Virus record (IMG/VR): IMGVR_UViG_3300038465_000068
Location: 3,053 to 67,052 of that record
Reading direction: 5' to 3' (one strand)
From: a virus
Length of the DNA: 64,000 nucleotides
Every line of letters starts with the position of its first letter. The stretch's first letter is position 1. This document shows positions 1 to 9,803 of this stretch, piece by piece. A model generated the notes under the pieces. The model was given only the letters and a program-made list of their open reading frames with translations. It was not told where the DNA came from and did no database searches. Made by a program: the position numbers and the translations under genes.

Positions 1-482
1 GGGAAAACGGCCTTGATGTAGAGGCGGCTTTCGGTCACTTCGCACGACACGACTTGCAGGTTTGTGTCGACAAAGGCCGCGAGCACCACCTGCGCGACGT
101 CGATATTGTCGATGCGCTGGTAGCGGTCGGACAGGAACGCGCGGGCGTCACCATCCAGCGTGCGGATCAGTCGGCGAACCGGCTTCACATGCAGCAGGGT
201 GTTGAAGTTTTGCACCAGAAGATTCGGCTGTTCGTCCTGCAATTTGCGGACGTATTTCAGCGGAATGTCGAGGTGCCCGGCGGTCTGGTCGATGGCGATG
301 GTGCGTAGGGGAAAAGACCCTACGCCTTCGGCTACGAGGGCAAGGCGGCTGCGCCCTTCCTCGACAACCCCTTCGACAACCTCGACCGATAGCTTGCTGG
401 TCGGGGCCGCAAAGTCACTCTTGCGAGTGGCTTGGCGATCCAGTTCGATCACCAAGTCTTGTAACGATCTGCCTGATTTCAT
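1..482 (-). CDS. DUF932-like phage protein, runs off left edge (not in ORF track)
   Basis: Manual translation MKSGRSLQDLVIELDRQ...RTLDGDARAFLSDRYQRIDN...CEVTESRLYIKAVF; AGGAGA RBS upstream; open to position 1. Confidence 0.75.
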   Translation of the reverse strand, partial: MKSGRSLQDLVIELDRQATRKSDFAAPTSKLSVEVVEGVVEEGRSRLALVAEGVGSFPLRTIAIDQTAGHLDIPLKYVRKLQDEQPNLLVQNFNTLLHVKPVRRLIRTLDGDARAFLSDRYQRIDNIDVAQVVLAAFVDTNLQVVSCEVTESRLYIKAVF

Positions 483-530
483 TGAGACATTCTCCTTTTT
501 GAGGCGGGCCAAAACGGCTCCGTCGCAAGA

Positions 531-559
531 GATATAGGCCATTCTGTCCTATGGAACAA
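531..559 (-). promoter_or_regulatory. sigma70-like promoter with palindromic operator (534-552) in the spacer
   Basis: TTGTTC-N17-TATATC on minus strand; ATAGGCC-ATTCT-GTCCTAT. Confidence 0.7.
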
Positions 560-1214
560 GGGCTCCATAGTCGATTTCGTCCGCCGCCGCGTCGACCTGA
601 CCGGCATAGCCGACCTCCCGGGCTGTGGCCGCCTCGTTCTGTTGGTTCACCAGCCACATGCTCAGGGCCTTTTCCTTGAGTGGTTCGCGGATAACCGATT
701 CCCGGCCGGGGATCGCCAGACTAGGCACGGGCTGGTTGTCTTTGATTTTCCAATACAGCCGCTCGGCGCGCGCCCTGTCCTGCATCAGCCGGTTGAGGTC
801 TATCGTCCCGGGCTGGAGGCCGGACAGAATTTGGCATTTCAGGGACCACGCCACACCCTTCTGGGCCGCGTCCTTGGCGATGGGCAGGTTGCGCACCCTC
901 TCCCAGTTTTTCCAGTTCTCGTTGGCTTTGCGGCCTTCTGTCGAGCCCTTGGTGATCCCTGCCGATGACATGCGCTCGTTTTTGTGCCGGGCCGCGAAGG
1001 TCACAAAAACGCCCGGCGATGGCCATGCCCGGCCTGTGTGGCTGTTGCGGGTCTGGGACCATGCGAACCGCAAGTCCTCGACCGAATAGCCGTCCAGCGC
1101 CTCGGCGTATTCCTTGAGGTTTTCCTTGACCAATTCCTCCGTGAACTGGCGCGGCGGCAGGTAAATCCCCTGCATCTTGGTCAGGATTTCGCGCTCGACG
1201 TCTTGCTGGCTCAT
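549..1214 (-). CDS. hypothetical protein, possible helicase loader/replication accessory
   Basis: Follows the replication initiator; EYAEALDGYS...WPSPG resembles phage loader-type N-termini. Confidence 0.5.
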   Translation of the reverse strand: MSQQDVEREILTKMQGIYLPPRQFTEELVKENLKEYAEALDGYSVEDLRFAWSQTRNSHTGRAWPSPGVFVTFAARHKNERMSSAGITKGSTEGRKANENWKNWERVRNLPIAKDAAQKGVAWSLKCQILSGLQPGTIDLNRLMQDRARAERLYWKIKDNQPVPSLAIPGRESVIREPLKEKALSMWLVNQQNEAATAREVGYAGQVDAAADEIDYGALVP

Positions 1215-2008
1215 TGGGATTGCTCACCTTCGGGGAAAAGTTTGACGATCTTGCCGGTCTCGAATAGCGAGCCGCCGTTCGGCCTCACAGGCTTCGGCGC
1301 TGCCAGCGCCCCCACCGCGCCGCCGCCACGGCCGCCGCGATCCTGTTCCTTGGACAGCCAGCCGTTGATGAACCGAAGGATGCCGTTTTTCGTCTTGCGC
1401 AGCTTCGGGTTCGTGATCGACCACACCCGCATGCCGACCATCTGTTGCGTGACGTCGACCGCCGGATAGGCTGCGGCAAACTCTGCGATCAGGTGGTCTG
1501 TGACGTTGAAAAAAGAACCGTCCACGAGAGGAATGGCCACGATGACGACAGGAGCGGGGGCCATAGGCGTGTCGGCAGAAAACAGTGAAGGAACTTCACT
1601 GTTTTGAGAGTCTGGTTCTGGTTCTAAAAGATGCTGTGGCAAAACGGTAGCATTTGCTACAGGCAGTTTGTTGCCTTTCAAAGCCTTAGCCTTACCTCCA
1701 GCACTTCCGGCGGCAGCACGAACCACAGATTTTTCGACAGCTTTTTGATACTCGGAAGTGAGTCGCTTCTGGGAAAGCTGGCCGTCCTTGGCCTCGAAAA
1801 GCGGCATGATGTCGGGTGCGATTTTACGCCAGCGCGCGACCGACAGGCGGGTGATGCGGGCCAGCTTGGCCTCGTCGTTCGGGAGCACCCCGCCCAGCCG
1901 CCACATGGTCAGCAGCATCAGCAGGTAGGCCCCGTGCTGTTCGGTGGTGAGGTGCTGGGTGTCGCCCAGATAGTCGGCCACATAAAGCTGCATGAATGGC
2001 TGGCTCAA
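1211..2008 (-). CDS. DUF1376/YdaU-family phage replication initiator
   Basis: PFMQLYVADYLGDTQHLTTEQHGAYLLMLLTMW; TTG start at 2008 preferred to 2122. Confidence 0.85.
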   Translation of the reverse strand: MSQPFMQLYVADYLGDTQHLTTEQHGAYLLMLLTMWRLGGVLPNDEAKLARITRLSVARWRKIAPDIMPLFEAKDGQLSQKRLTSEYQKAVEKSVVRAAAGSAGGKAKALKGNKLPVANATVLPQHLLEPEPDSQNSEVPSLFSADTPMAPAPVVIVAIPLVDGSFFNVTDHLIAEFAAAYPAVDVTQQMVGMRVWSITNPKLRKTKNGILRFINGWLSKEQDRGGRGGGAVGALAAPKPVRPNGGSLFETGKIVKLFPEGEQSQ

Positions 2009-2201
2009 GATGGTGCCCTGTCTGTTGGAGGAAATCGGCCGGGCCGAGGACAGGGCATGTGACCCGGTCCCGGCTCGATCCCTACGCATCAGCACCGTCG
2101 CGCTGACACCGTGACAGGACACGGAGTCCTAAAGCTGGACAAGCCGCTACAGCTTGTGGTCGTTTAATTTAGACCACAATCATCCCGGCAAGTTGTTGGA
2201 A

Positions 2202-2585
2202 TTATTGGCTGCGGTCGTGCGCGCGCCGGATATGGCGGCGGAAAATACGCTGGGCAATCGTGCCCATTTTCTCGACAAGCCTGTTGATCTTTCTGGCGAT
2301 GCGCTGGGCCTTGTTCTTTGCCCGGTTGATCCGGCGCTGGCGGCGCTCCAGCCGGAGGACGGACGGGCTGCGGCTGCGATTTCCCAACGTCGGCCGCACC
2401 ATGCGCTTGTAGGGCTCATTGGCCCATTCGGCGATCACGCAGGGGTGGACGCGGCTTCCGTCGGTATGTTGGTGGGTCGCCAGCACCACGCGCACCTGTT
2501 CGGCCGCCTTGCGCGCCGAGGCTTCGGTGCCGTCATAGATGCGATTGATGATCGGGGCGGCGATCCTGTTGGCTCTATTCGCCAT
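2202..2585 (-). CDS. basic hypothetical protein
   Basis: Co-oriented ORF, Arg-rich C-terminus. Confidence 0.5.
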   Translation of the reverse strand: MANRANRIAAPIINRIYDGTEASARKAAEQVRVVLATHQHTDGSRVHPCVIAEWANEPYKRMVRPTLGNRSRSPSVLRLERRQRRINRAKNKAQRIARKINRLVEKMGTIAQRIFRRHIRRAHDRSQ

Positions 2586-2745
2586 GTGCTTTCGGTCCTT
2601 TTTTCGCTTGTGGAAGGGTGATTTGGAGTTTGGTGGCGGCCTTGTAAACGAACCCGCGCCCGCAGCCGATCACGCCCGCGATCCGCACCCCGGTCCAGTC
2701 CGGGTGCGCGCGGTGGACGGTGGCGATGTCCTGCGCGGTAATCAT
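2575..2745 (-). CDS. small HTH-like protein (56 aa, not in ORF track)
   Basis: MITAQDIATVHRAHPDWTGVRIAGVIGCGRGFVYKAATKL; ATGA overlap with the methylase stop. Confidence 0.55.
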   Translation of the reverse strand: MITAQDIATVHRAHPDWTGVRIAGVIGCGRGFVYKAATKLQITLPQAKKGPKAHGE

Positions 2746-3824
2746 TCGTCTTTCCCAAAAAGCGGGCCGTGATCCTCGGGCTTGTCGGCGTTCTTTGCCT
2801 TAGCCGATTCCCTCTTGCGCTCGCCAGCGCCGGACGTCAGCAGGCGCACGCGGCGGTCGATGTCCTTGATGAATTTGGCCTCGCGCTCGATCAGGACCGA
2901 GTTGACGCCCTCGCGCCACGCGGCCTCGCCGGTCGTGCCGGTGCCCGCGAACGGGTCCAGCGTCGTCCCGCCCGGCGGCGTCACCAGCCGCACCAGATAT
3001 TGCATCAGGTCCACAGGCTTGACGGTCGGATGGCCGGAGCCGAGTCGGTCATCAGCGTCGGCCTTGGCGGTGTAGAAAAACCGGGCCGCATCAGGAAAGG
3101 CCGCCTGCACTTCCTCGCTGCCATCATGGATTATATCGGCAGGCCAGCGCCCTTCCGGTCTCACAACCTGCTGCGCACCGCCGACAACGGTGGACATGCC
3201 CCACCCATCACCACCTTCGCGCCGGGACCGCTGCATCGTCCGCACCTGCGATGCGTCGGCAGACTCATCAATCGGGACGCGGCACCCCTCTATGTTGATC
3301 GCGCCCGTCCCGTGCTCGGCCAAGTTTTCCGCCACCGTGCCGATCAGAGGTTTGCGCGCCATACAGATTGGCTCCCATGCGGGCTTGAGCGCGGTGCCCC
3401 AGCCTTTCCAGTCGCCCTTTTGATTGTGAGATTTCGGGAAGCCGCTGCCGAAAGCCCACCCGATCTGGTCGCGGATTTCAAAGCCAGCGTCGTCAATCGC
3501 TATGGCCATGCGGTGATAGGTGCGCGTGCCGCTAAACGCCAGCAGGAACGCGCCGGGCTTGAGCACGCGGTACACCTGCACCCAGAACAGTGGATCGAAG
3601 GCGGTGTCGCCATTGTCCCACTTTTCCCCCATGAAGCCGCGCGACAGGCGGGAGTATTGATGATTTTTTGGTTTCTCTTTCGCAGCGTCGGTGTTGCCGA
3701 ACCGCTTGAGCGTGCTGACCAGCGCGTAGGGCGGATCGGTGACGCAGGAGTCCAGCGAATTTTCGGCGATGGTCTTGAGCGCGTCTCGGCTGTCGGCGTG
3801 GATGACTTTGATGTCGGCGGTCAC
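2742..3824 (-). CDS. N6-adenine/N4-cytosine DNA methyltransferase (orphan)
   Basis: DPPY near N-terminus; HPTVKP and LDPFAGTGTTG near C-terminus. Confidence 0.92.
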   Translation of the reverse strand: MTADIKVIHADSRDALKTIAENSLDSCVTDPPYALVSTLKRFGNTDAAKEKPKNHQYSRLSRGFMGEKWDNGDTAFDPLFWVQVYRVLKPGAFLLAFSGTRTYHRMAIAIDDAGFEIRDQIGWAFGSGFPKSHNQKGDWKGWGTALKPAWEPICMARKPLIGTVAENLAEHGTGAINIEGCRVPIDESADASQVRTMQRSRREGGDGWGMSTVVGGAQQVVRPEGRWPADIIHDGSEEVQAAFPDAARFFYTAKADADDRLGSGHPTVKPVDLMQYLVRLVTPPGGTTLDPFAGTGTTGEAAWREGVNSVLIEREAKFIKDIDRRVRLLTSGAGERKRESAKAKNADKPEDHGPLFGKDE

Positions 3825-4417
3825 GCGGCTTTCTTTCTGGCGCGGCGGCGCGGCTTGGTGGCAAACAGCAACGGCTGCACCACGGCCAGCAGCAGCTTCC
3901 CAAGTTGGTAGGCACCGGCCAGCATGGCGTCACCAGCATGGTCATCGCAGACATACCAGTGGCGCGAGGTGCAGGCCAACATAACGCTGTCTTTCAAGGC
4001 TTTCCTGCGCTTTTCCTTGTCCTTGATCTTGCGGTCCACCTTGATGCCGAACTCGGCACGCACCGTCGGCTCATAGACCTCATAGACCGGGATATTGGCC
4101 GCGTGCGCCACCGCCATGGCCATACCGAACAGGCCGAACAGTAGCTTGATCGGATTGATGTCGGGTGTGACGCGGCCGAGCCCCGTCTTTGTCTTGAAGG
4201 CGAACGTGCCGATGAAAGGCGTGCAGAGCACGATGCCAGTCGGCTTGTGTTCCTCGATCAGGTCTTTGAGAAAATGGCCGAGGTGGTGGCAGGTCAGGCC
4301 CAACTCCTCGACGCTACCGGGTAATTGCTTCGACCCGGTGATGGGTGCCTTCCCACGCTCCACGACGGAAAAACCTGTAGTAAATCCGAGGTCTAACGTG
4401 AGAAGGCGCTCGTCCAT
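3821..4417 (-). CDS. RuvC-like Holliday junction resolvase
   Basis: LTLDLGFTTGFS N-terminus and DHAGDA C-terminal acidic motif. Confidence 0.7.
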   Translation of the reverse strand: MDERLLTLDLGFTTGFSVVERGKAPITGSKQLPGSVEELGLTCHHLGHFLKDLIEEHKPTGIVLCTPFIGTFAFKTKTGLGRVTPDINPIKLLFGLFGMAMAVAHAANIPVYEVYEPTVRAEFGIKVDRKIKDKEKRRKALKDSVMLACTSRHWYVCDDHAGDAMLAGAYQLGKLLLAVVQPLLFATKPRRRARKKAA

Positions 4418-5019
4418 CAGTGCGTGGTCTTGTTTTCGCCGCCGTCAGCAGCGATAGCATCGGCCGCCGCCTGCGCAACGGTTTTAATCGGAACGACCTT
4501 GTTGTCGGTGACGATCTCGGCGGTGGGCGCATCCTCCTCGACGGTGATGTCGCCCTGCGCGATGCACCACGCGCCGAACGGGGTGTCGGAGCCGAACGAT
4601 TGGCCAGCCGCGATCAGCCGGTCCATGTCGTCCTTTTCCTTTTTCTCGAACTCGGCCATCTGATCGGCCAGAGATTCCTGCGACTTGGCGATGCCGTAGA
4701 ACATGCGGCTGATCTTGCGCGAGACGCCGAACTTGGCCGCCATTTCGCCATAGATGCCCTTGATGTCGGACATGAAAGCGGCGTTCTTTTCCGCCTTCTC
4801 CTCGTGCAGCTTGTCCAGCCTGACCATGAAGCCGGACAGGTCTTTCTTGCTGGGGATTTTCGTGTTGTGGCCGATGCCGACATTGTCGCCCGTGACCTCG
4901 CCGCCCTTGGCCTCGGCCGCCACCTTGCCCTTCGCCGCCTTGGCGTCTTTCTTGAGCGGCTTTTTCTTTTTGCCCGCCGCTGCCACGGCCTTCTCGGCCC
5001 CCGTTTTCTTCGCTGCCAT
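4417..5019 (-). CDS. GapR/DUF2312-like DNA-binding protein with Lys/Ala-rich N-tail
   Basis: LSGFMVRLDKLHEEKAE...SDIKGIYGEMAAKFG resembles the DUF2312 core; GAGGA RBS before ATG 5019. Confidence 0.65.
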   Translation of the reverse strand: MAAKKTGAEKAVAAAGKKKKPLKKDAKAAKGKVAAEAKGGEVTGDNVGIGHNTKIPSKKDLSGFMVRLDKLHEEKAEKNAAFMSDIKGIYGEMAAKFGVSRKISRMFYGIAKSQESLADQMAEFEKKEKDDMDRLIAAGQSFGSDTPFGAWCIAQGDITVEEDAPTAEIVTDNKVVPIKTVAQAAADAIAADGGENKTTH

Positions 5020-5090
5020 GTGATCCTCTGAATATAGGTTGAGTCCCGAAAGCGGACATGCTGTCCTATCCCAGATAAGAGGATTTTCAA

Positions 5091-6401
5091 ATGGCCCCGG
5101 CCCACCTTTTGCTGATCGACTCGTCGGGCTTCGCTTATCGCGCATATCACGGCGGGTCGAAATTTCCCCGCTACCGGCAGTCGGACGGTGCCCCCACCGG
5201 CACCGTGATCGCCTTCCTCGAAATGATCCACAGGCTTATGAACGACGCGGCCAAAGACCCGGTCAGCCATGTCGCCGCCGTTTTCGACAATCGGGAAGCG
5301 CCCACCTTCCGGCACAAGATTTACCCGGCATACAAGGGCAACCGGACCCAGCGCGATCCCGAACTGTCGGTCCAGCTTCCGGTGATGCGTGACGCGGCGC
5401 GGGCGCTGGGCATCACCCCGGTCGAGGCTGTCGGCTATGAGGCTGACGACGTCATGGCCACGCTGGCCCGCTGGGGTGTCGAGGCTGGGCTGCGGGTGAC
5501 AATCGTGAGTTCGGACAAGGATATGGGCCAGCTTGTCGAGGACGACCGGATCGAGATTGTGGACGACCGCAAGGGCATCCGGGTGCTGGCCGCCGACGTC
5601 GAGGCCAAGTTCGGCGTGCCGCCCCATCTGGTCGCCGACGTGCAGGCACTCTCCGGCGACATGGTCGACAATATCCCGGGCGTGCCGGGCGTGGGCTCTG
5701 GCATGGCGGGCAAGCTGATTCGCAAGCTGGGCGACTTGGACGCGGTGCTGCGCGAGGCGGCGAAATCCACCGGCTACCGCATGACGGCAGGCGCAAAGCT
5801 GTCCATCAACAACCACCGGAAAGAGATCAAGATTTACAGGAAGTTGACCGGGCTGGCTGATGACGTGGCCTTGGGCGTCACGCTGGACGGCCTCGCTGCC
5901 GTGCCCATGAACCCGGTGCACCTCAAGGAATTGCTGCTGGCGCTGGAGGCCCCGGACGCGCTGCGCCGGATCATGTCGGGCGGCAAGATCGGCGGCACCT
6001 ATGAGGCGGTGGCCCGGATCGACGTCGAGGACAGGCTGGAGTGGCACACAAAGGCGCTGGCCGAGTATCAGGCCAAGCTGGCCCGGCCATCCCACAAGAT
6101 CACCCTGCCCGCCCCGGCCGAGCCCCAGTGCGGCTGGTACAAGCGCAAGCTGGTGCAGGACGGGCCGTGGGTGCCAGCCCGCATCTGGCGGGAGGGCTTC
6201 GGCGACAAGGATGCGCTGCTGTGCTCGGTCGGTGACACCCCGCGCAATCCGGCCGACCAGTGGGGCCGCCTGCTGTCATACCCCATCAGCGAAGTGGACT
6301 ATGAGACCATGATGGCCCGGCGGGCGGCGGTGGCGAACATGCCGCTGGAGCCTGAGGCCAACCCGGGCGAGCCGATAAATTATCGGACCATCCCAGTTTA
6401 A
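5091..6401 (+). CDS. 5'-3' exonuclease (Pol I N-terminal/FEN family) with extra C-terminal domain
   Basis: LLLIDSSG, FRHKIYPAYKGNR, GYEADDV, SSDKD, GDMVDNIPGVPGVG. Confidence 0.92.
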   Translation: MAPAHLLLIDSSGFAYRAYHGGSKFPRYRQSDGAPTGTVIAFLEMIHRLMNDAAKDPVSHVAAVFDNREAPTFRHKIYPAYKGNRTQRDPELSVQLPVMRDAARALGITPVEAVGYEADDVMATLARWGVEAGLRVTIVSSDKDMGQLVEDDRIEIVDDRKGIRVLAADVEAKFGVPPHLVADVQALSGDMVDNIPGVPGVGSGMAGKLIRKLGDLDAVLREAAKSTGYRMTAGAKLSINNHRKEIKIYRKLTGLADDVALGVTLDGLAAVPMNPVHLKELLLALEAPDALRRIMSGGKIGGTYEAVARIDVEDRLEWHTKALAEYQAKLARPSHKITLPAPAEPQCGWYKRKLVQDGPWVPARIWREGFGDKDALLCSVGDTPRNPADQWGRLLSYPISEVDYETMMARRAAVANMPLEPEANPGEPINYRTIPV

Positions 6402-6470
6402 TTCTTGCATCTGGTGCAGTACTGTCCATATTCACCCTATAGGACAATTCGTCCTCAAGGATAGGCCAGC

Positions 6471-7382
6471 ATGTCAGACCCCTCCCCACCCATCGGGCAC
6501 AATAGCGGCGATCCCGACGCCCTCCCGATCCTGCGTCAAGCGCCGGACCTTGAGACGCATCTGGCCGCCGTCTATGCGCCGATGCTCAAGCGCACCAAGG
6601 AATTGCTGGATAAGGGCCCGGCCAAGGCCAAGGTCTTTGATGACGAGGCGGACGGCAACGCCACCGAATTTCTGCTGGCGATCCGCGCCGAAATGGATGC
6701 GGTCAAGGTCGGCAAGAAAGACGAGAAGGCCCCATACGACACCCTAATCGAGATCATCGACGGGTTTTTCAACACGAATGTCTGGGAGCCGTTGAAGGCG
6801 CTGGGTCTCAAGGTCAACGAGGCCAGCACCGATTACAAGGTCGGCGTGATGCGCGCCGCCCAGATCACCACCGACATCAACGTCCGCGCCGCCCAGAAAA
6901 TCAAGGATGAAGCCGCCAAAAAGGCCCGCGAGGACAAAGAGGAGGCCGACCGCCTCGCACTCGCCGCCGCGCGCGCGCGCAAGCCGGAGAATGTCGAGCG
7001 CCTGACCGCCGCCGCCGAGGAAGCGCGCAACACCGCCAACGTCGCGCAAGCCGGGGCGATTGCCGTGGCCGTCGATCATGCCGAGGCCGTGAGCGAGGCG
7101 TCCACGTCGGCCGCCGACCTGACCCGGACGCATGGCAAGCGCGTCGGCGTTTCGTCCCTGCGCACCGCCGTCAAGGTGCTGGACCTGATCGACCGCAAGG
7201 CGCTGACCGGCGGTTACAATCTGCTGGGGCCCTACTTCACCGACGCCGCCATCCTCGCGGCCGCGCGCAAGTACGAGTCGGCCAACAAGGCCACGGTCGG
7301 CGAACACCTCGACAAAGGCACGCAGCCCATCGCCGGGCTGACCTTCGCAGAGGACTATTCCAACGTCGCCCGCAAGACATAA
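6471..7382 (+). CDS. coiled-coil phage protein associated with RecT
   Basis: Ala-rich helical ORF directly upstream of recT; IGHNS motif. Confidence 0.6.
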   Translation: MSDPSPPIGHNSGDPDALPILRQAPDLETHLAAVYAPMLKRTKELLDKGPAKAKVFDDEADGNATEFLLAIRAEMDAVKVGKKDEKAPYDTLIEIIDGFFNTNVWEPLKALGLKVNEASTDYKVGVMRAAQITTDINVRAAQKIKDEAAKKAREDKEEADRLALAAARARKPENVERLTAAAEEARNTANVAQAGAIAVAVDHAEAVSEASTSAADLTRTHGKRVGVSSLRTAVKVLDLIDRKALTGGYNLLGPYFTDAAILAAARKYESANKATVGEHLDKGTQPIAGLTFAEDYSNVARKT

Positions 7383-7390
7383 GGATTCCC

Positions 7391-8584
7391 ATGACCACCG
7401 AAACCACCGTCGACGACCGCCCGCAGGCTCCGCTGGAGGGTGAGGCCCAGACCGGCACCGCCGAGACACTGGCGCAGGAAGCCGCGCCCGCCCAGCCGCC
7501 AGTTTCCGCCGCGAAGGTGGCCAAGGAAAAATGGGACGCTTTTGAGGGTGAAATCCAGAGCCGGGCCGACAACCTCGCTTCGATGCTGCCGTCCACCGTC
7601 ACCCGCGACAGGTTCATCAATTCCACCATCGCGGCGGTGAAGCAGAACCCCGATCTTCTGTTCCTCAATCCGCGCACACTTTTCACCGCCATCGTCAAGA
7701 GCGCGCAGGATGGTCTCGTCCCCGATGGCAAGGAAGGCTACATCGGCGTCTATAACACCAAGGTATCGAAGCGCGGAGAGCCTGACCGCTACGAGGACAT
7801 CGCCCAGTGGAATCCGATGGTGCACGGTATCCGCAAGCGCGCGCGCGAGTGCGGCGGCATCCTGATCGACGCGCAGGTCGTCTACATGCAGGACCAATTT
7901 TTGTGGGAGCAAGGGGATAATCCCCGGATCGAGCATGCGCCAGCCAAGCTGGGAACGCCGCGCGGCACACCAATCGGTGCTTATGCCATTTTCAAGCTGG
8001 AGGACGGCACCATTTTGGGCCGCGAAGTGATGGACGCCGAAGCGATCAACGACGTCAAATCACAGTCGCGGGCGCAGCATAGCCTCATGTGGACGAAGTT
8101 CTGGACCGAGGGCTGGCGCAAATCGGTGATCCGGCGCGGTATCAAGGCGGTGCCAAGCATCGACCCCAAGCTGGCGCAGGTCATCATGCGCGAGGACGAC
8201 AATTTCGATTTCGGCGAACCGGCCCCGGCCCGCTTCATCGAGCACCAGCCGCCGGAATCCCGCCAGCAGCCCCAGACGCGGGGCAAGGCTTTCGAGCGCC
8301 GCCCGTCCGCCGCCGCCAAGTCAGAGCCCAAACCCGCCTCCAGCCTGCCACAGGACGTCCAGCAGACCGGTTCCGCCGCCCCGGCGGTACAGGACGCCGA
8401 ATTTGAGGTCGAGCCGCCCATGGAGCGCGGCAAGCGCCTGCTGGTTGCCTGTTCCAATGTGAACGACGTGGCCGACCTGCGGCAGAGTATCGCCGAGGAA
8501 CTGGCCAAGGACGAGGTCATGCTGGGGGCGTGGAGCGCCGCCTGCGACTTCCGGTCCCGGGAACTGACCGGGAGCGGCAAATGA
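7391..8584 (+). CDS. recT: RecT-family ssDNA annealing protein
   Basis: KSAQDGLVPDGKEGY, IGAYAI, W...WRKSVIRR. Confidence 0.85.
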   Translation: MTTETTVDDRPQAPLEGEAQTGTAETLAQEAAPAQPPVSAAKVAKEKWDAFEGEIQSRADNLASMLPSTVTRDRFINSTIAAVKQNPDLLFLNPRTLFTAIVKSAQDGLVPDGKEGYIGVYNTKVSKRGEPDRYEDIAQWNPMVHGIRKRARECGGILIDAQVVYMQDQFLWEQGDNPRIEHAPAKLGTPRGTPIGAYAIFKLEDGTILGREVMDAEAINDVKSQSRAQHSLMWTKFWTEGWRKSVIRRGIKAVPSIDPKLAQVIMREDDNFDFGEPAPARFIEHQPPESRQQPQTRGKAFERRPSAAAKSEPKPASSLPQDVQQTGSAAPAVQDAEFEVEPPMERGKRLLVACSNVNDVADLRQSIAEELAKDEVMLGAWSAACDFRSRELTGSGK

Positions 8585-8826
8585 GCCCTCCCATTGTCCG
8601 GGCCAGCCGCCCCGAGTCGGAACAGCGGTTTAACGAATGGGTCGGCGAGACGCTGAAAGCCCGGCGCGAGTCGTTGAAGCTGTCACGCGCCTTTGTCGGG
8701 AACGCTATCGCCATCGACGAGACCACCCTGCTGCGCAACGAGGAGGGCACCGTGCCACTGACCTGCGCGCGCGCCGCCATGCTTTGTCGCCTCTACAACA
8801 TGGACATGCGGGAGTTGTTTTCGTAA
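8581..8826 (+). CDS. XRE-family HTH protein
   Basis: VGETLKARRESLKLSRAFVGNAIAIDETTLLRNEEG. Confidence 0.75.
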   Translation: MSPPIVRASRPESEQRFNEWVGETLKARRESLKLSRAFVGNAIAIDETTLLRNEEGTVPLTCARAAMLCRLYNMDMRELFS

Positions 8827-9239
8827 TGACGTCACGAAACGAAAGGTTGCGGCCCAAACTCTACTACGCTTGGAGGGCTATGAAGGCCCGGTGCCATAGC
8901 CCCAACGCGACCGGCTATCATAATTATGGCGGGCGCGGCATTTCGGTTTTCCCGGAGTGGATAAAATCGTTTGAAGCATTTGCTCGTGATGTTGGGCCGC
9001 CGCCATCGAAGGCTCACTCCCTCGACCGCTTTCCTGATACAAATGGAAACTACCAGCCGGGAAACGTGCGCTGGGCGACCAAAAAAGAGCAGTTGAGAAA
9101 CCAGCGCAAAAACATATCTGTCACCGTTGACGGCAGAAAAATGTCACTCGCCGAAGCTGTTGAACTCAAGGGGCTTAAATACAACACGGTTCTGTATCGA
9201 ATCAGGCGTGGAAAAACACCGGCCGAGGCGCTGGCATGA
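8826..9239 (+). CDS. HNH homing-endonuclease-like protein
   Basis: WRAMKARC...YGGRGI...SLDR..DTNGNYQPGNVRWAT; visibly lower GC. Confidence 0.85.
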   Translation: MTSRNERLRPKLYYAWRAMKARCHSPNATGYHNYGGRGISVFPEWIKSFEAFARDVGPPPSKAHSLDRFPDTNGNYQPGNVRWATKKEQLRNQRKNISVTVDGRKMSLAEAVELKGLKYNTVLYRIRRGKTPAEALA

Positions 9240-9601
9240 GGCGGAAACGGTTTTCTGAATCTCAGGTGATAGAGACGCTGCACCATTGCGGCATCGACGT
9301 GCTTTGCTATCGCTGCAAACTCAAGCTGGAACCGGGACAAAAGATCGAGCGCGAGCACCTAACAGAGATCGCTATGGGTGGCGCTGACGAACCAAAAAAC
9401 TGTGCTTACTGCCACAAGGCTTGCCACGCCGTCGTCACTAACGGAACCAAGGCTACTAGCGCGGGAAGTTCAAAAAGCCGACTCGCCAAGATCGACCGCA
9501 TCACTGGCGTCACAAAGACCAAGGCTCCGGCAAAGATTGCTGGGCGCGGATTTCAGAAGGGCCACCGGCCAGTGGGAAATCGCCATGCCACTAAGCGGTG
9601 A
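9236..9601 (+). CDS. HNH endonuclease
   Basis: CYRC...EH...GGAD...N...CHKACH. Confidence 0.8.
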   Translation: MRRKRFSESQVIETLHHCGIDVLCYRCKLKLEPGQKIEREHLTEIAMGGADEPKNCAYCHKACHAVVTNGTKATSAGSSKSRLAKIDRITGVTKTKAPAKIAGRGFQKGHRPVGNRHATKR

Positions 9602-9803
9602 CGAGAAATATGTGATGGTGCAAGGCACGCTTAGAGGCCGCACGGCGCGCGGCGTCGAAATCGAGACGGTGTTCGGCACCGGCTGGGTCGGCCGCTCGTG
9701 CCTGCACTTCATCACAGATCAGGCCGTCGACAAGATGGACATTGGCGACGAGGGCGAGTTTCGGATCATGGAATGGGTCGCAACAAAGAACGGATTCATC
9801 TGA
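9585..9803 (+). CDS. hypothetical protein
   Basis: MPLSGDEKYV...; coupled to the next gene. Confidence 0.55.
   Translation: MPLSGDEKYVMVQGTLRGRTARGVEIETVFGTGWVGRSCLHFITDQAVDKMDIGDEGEFRIMEWVATKNGFI

Noticed and set aside
2742-3824. Restriction-modification system
   Set aside because: No cognate restriction endonuclease is adjacent; orphan phage methylases are common
4614-6095. Long antisense ORFs (also 2769-3911, 12779-13648, 31200-32528, 58412-59749)
   Set aside because: High-GC shadow frames opposite genes with clear family motifs
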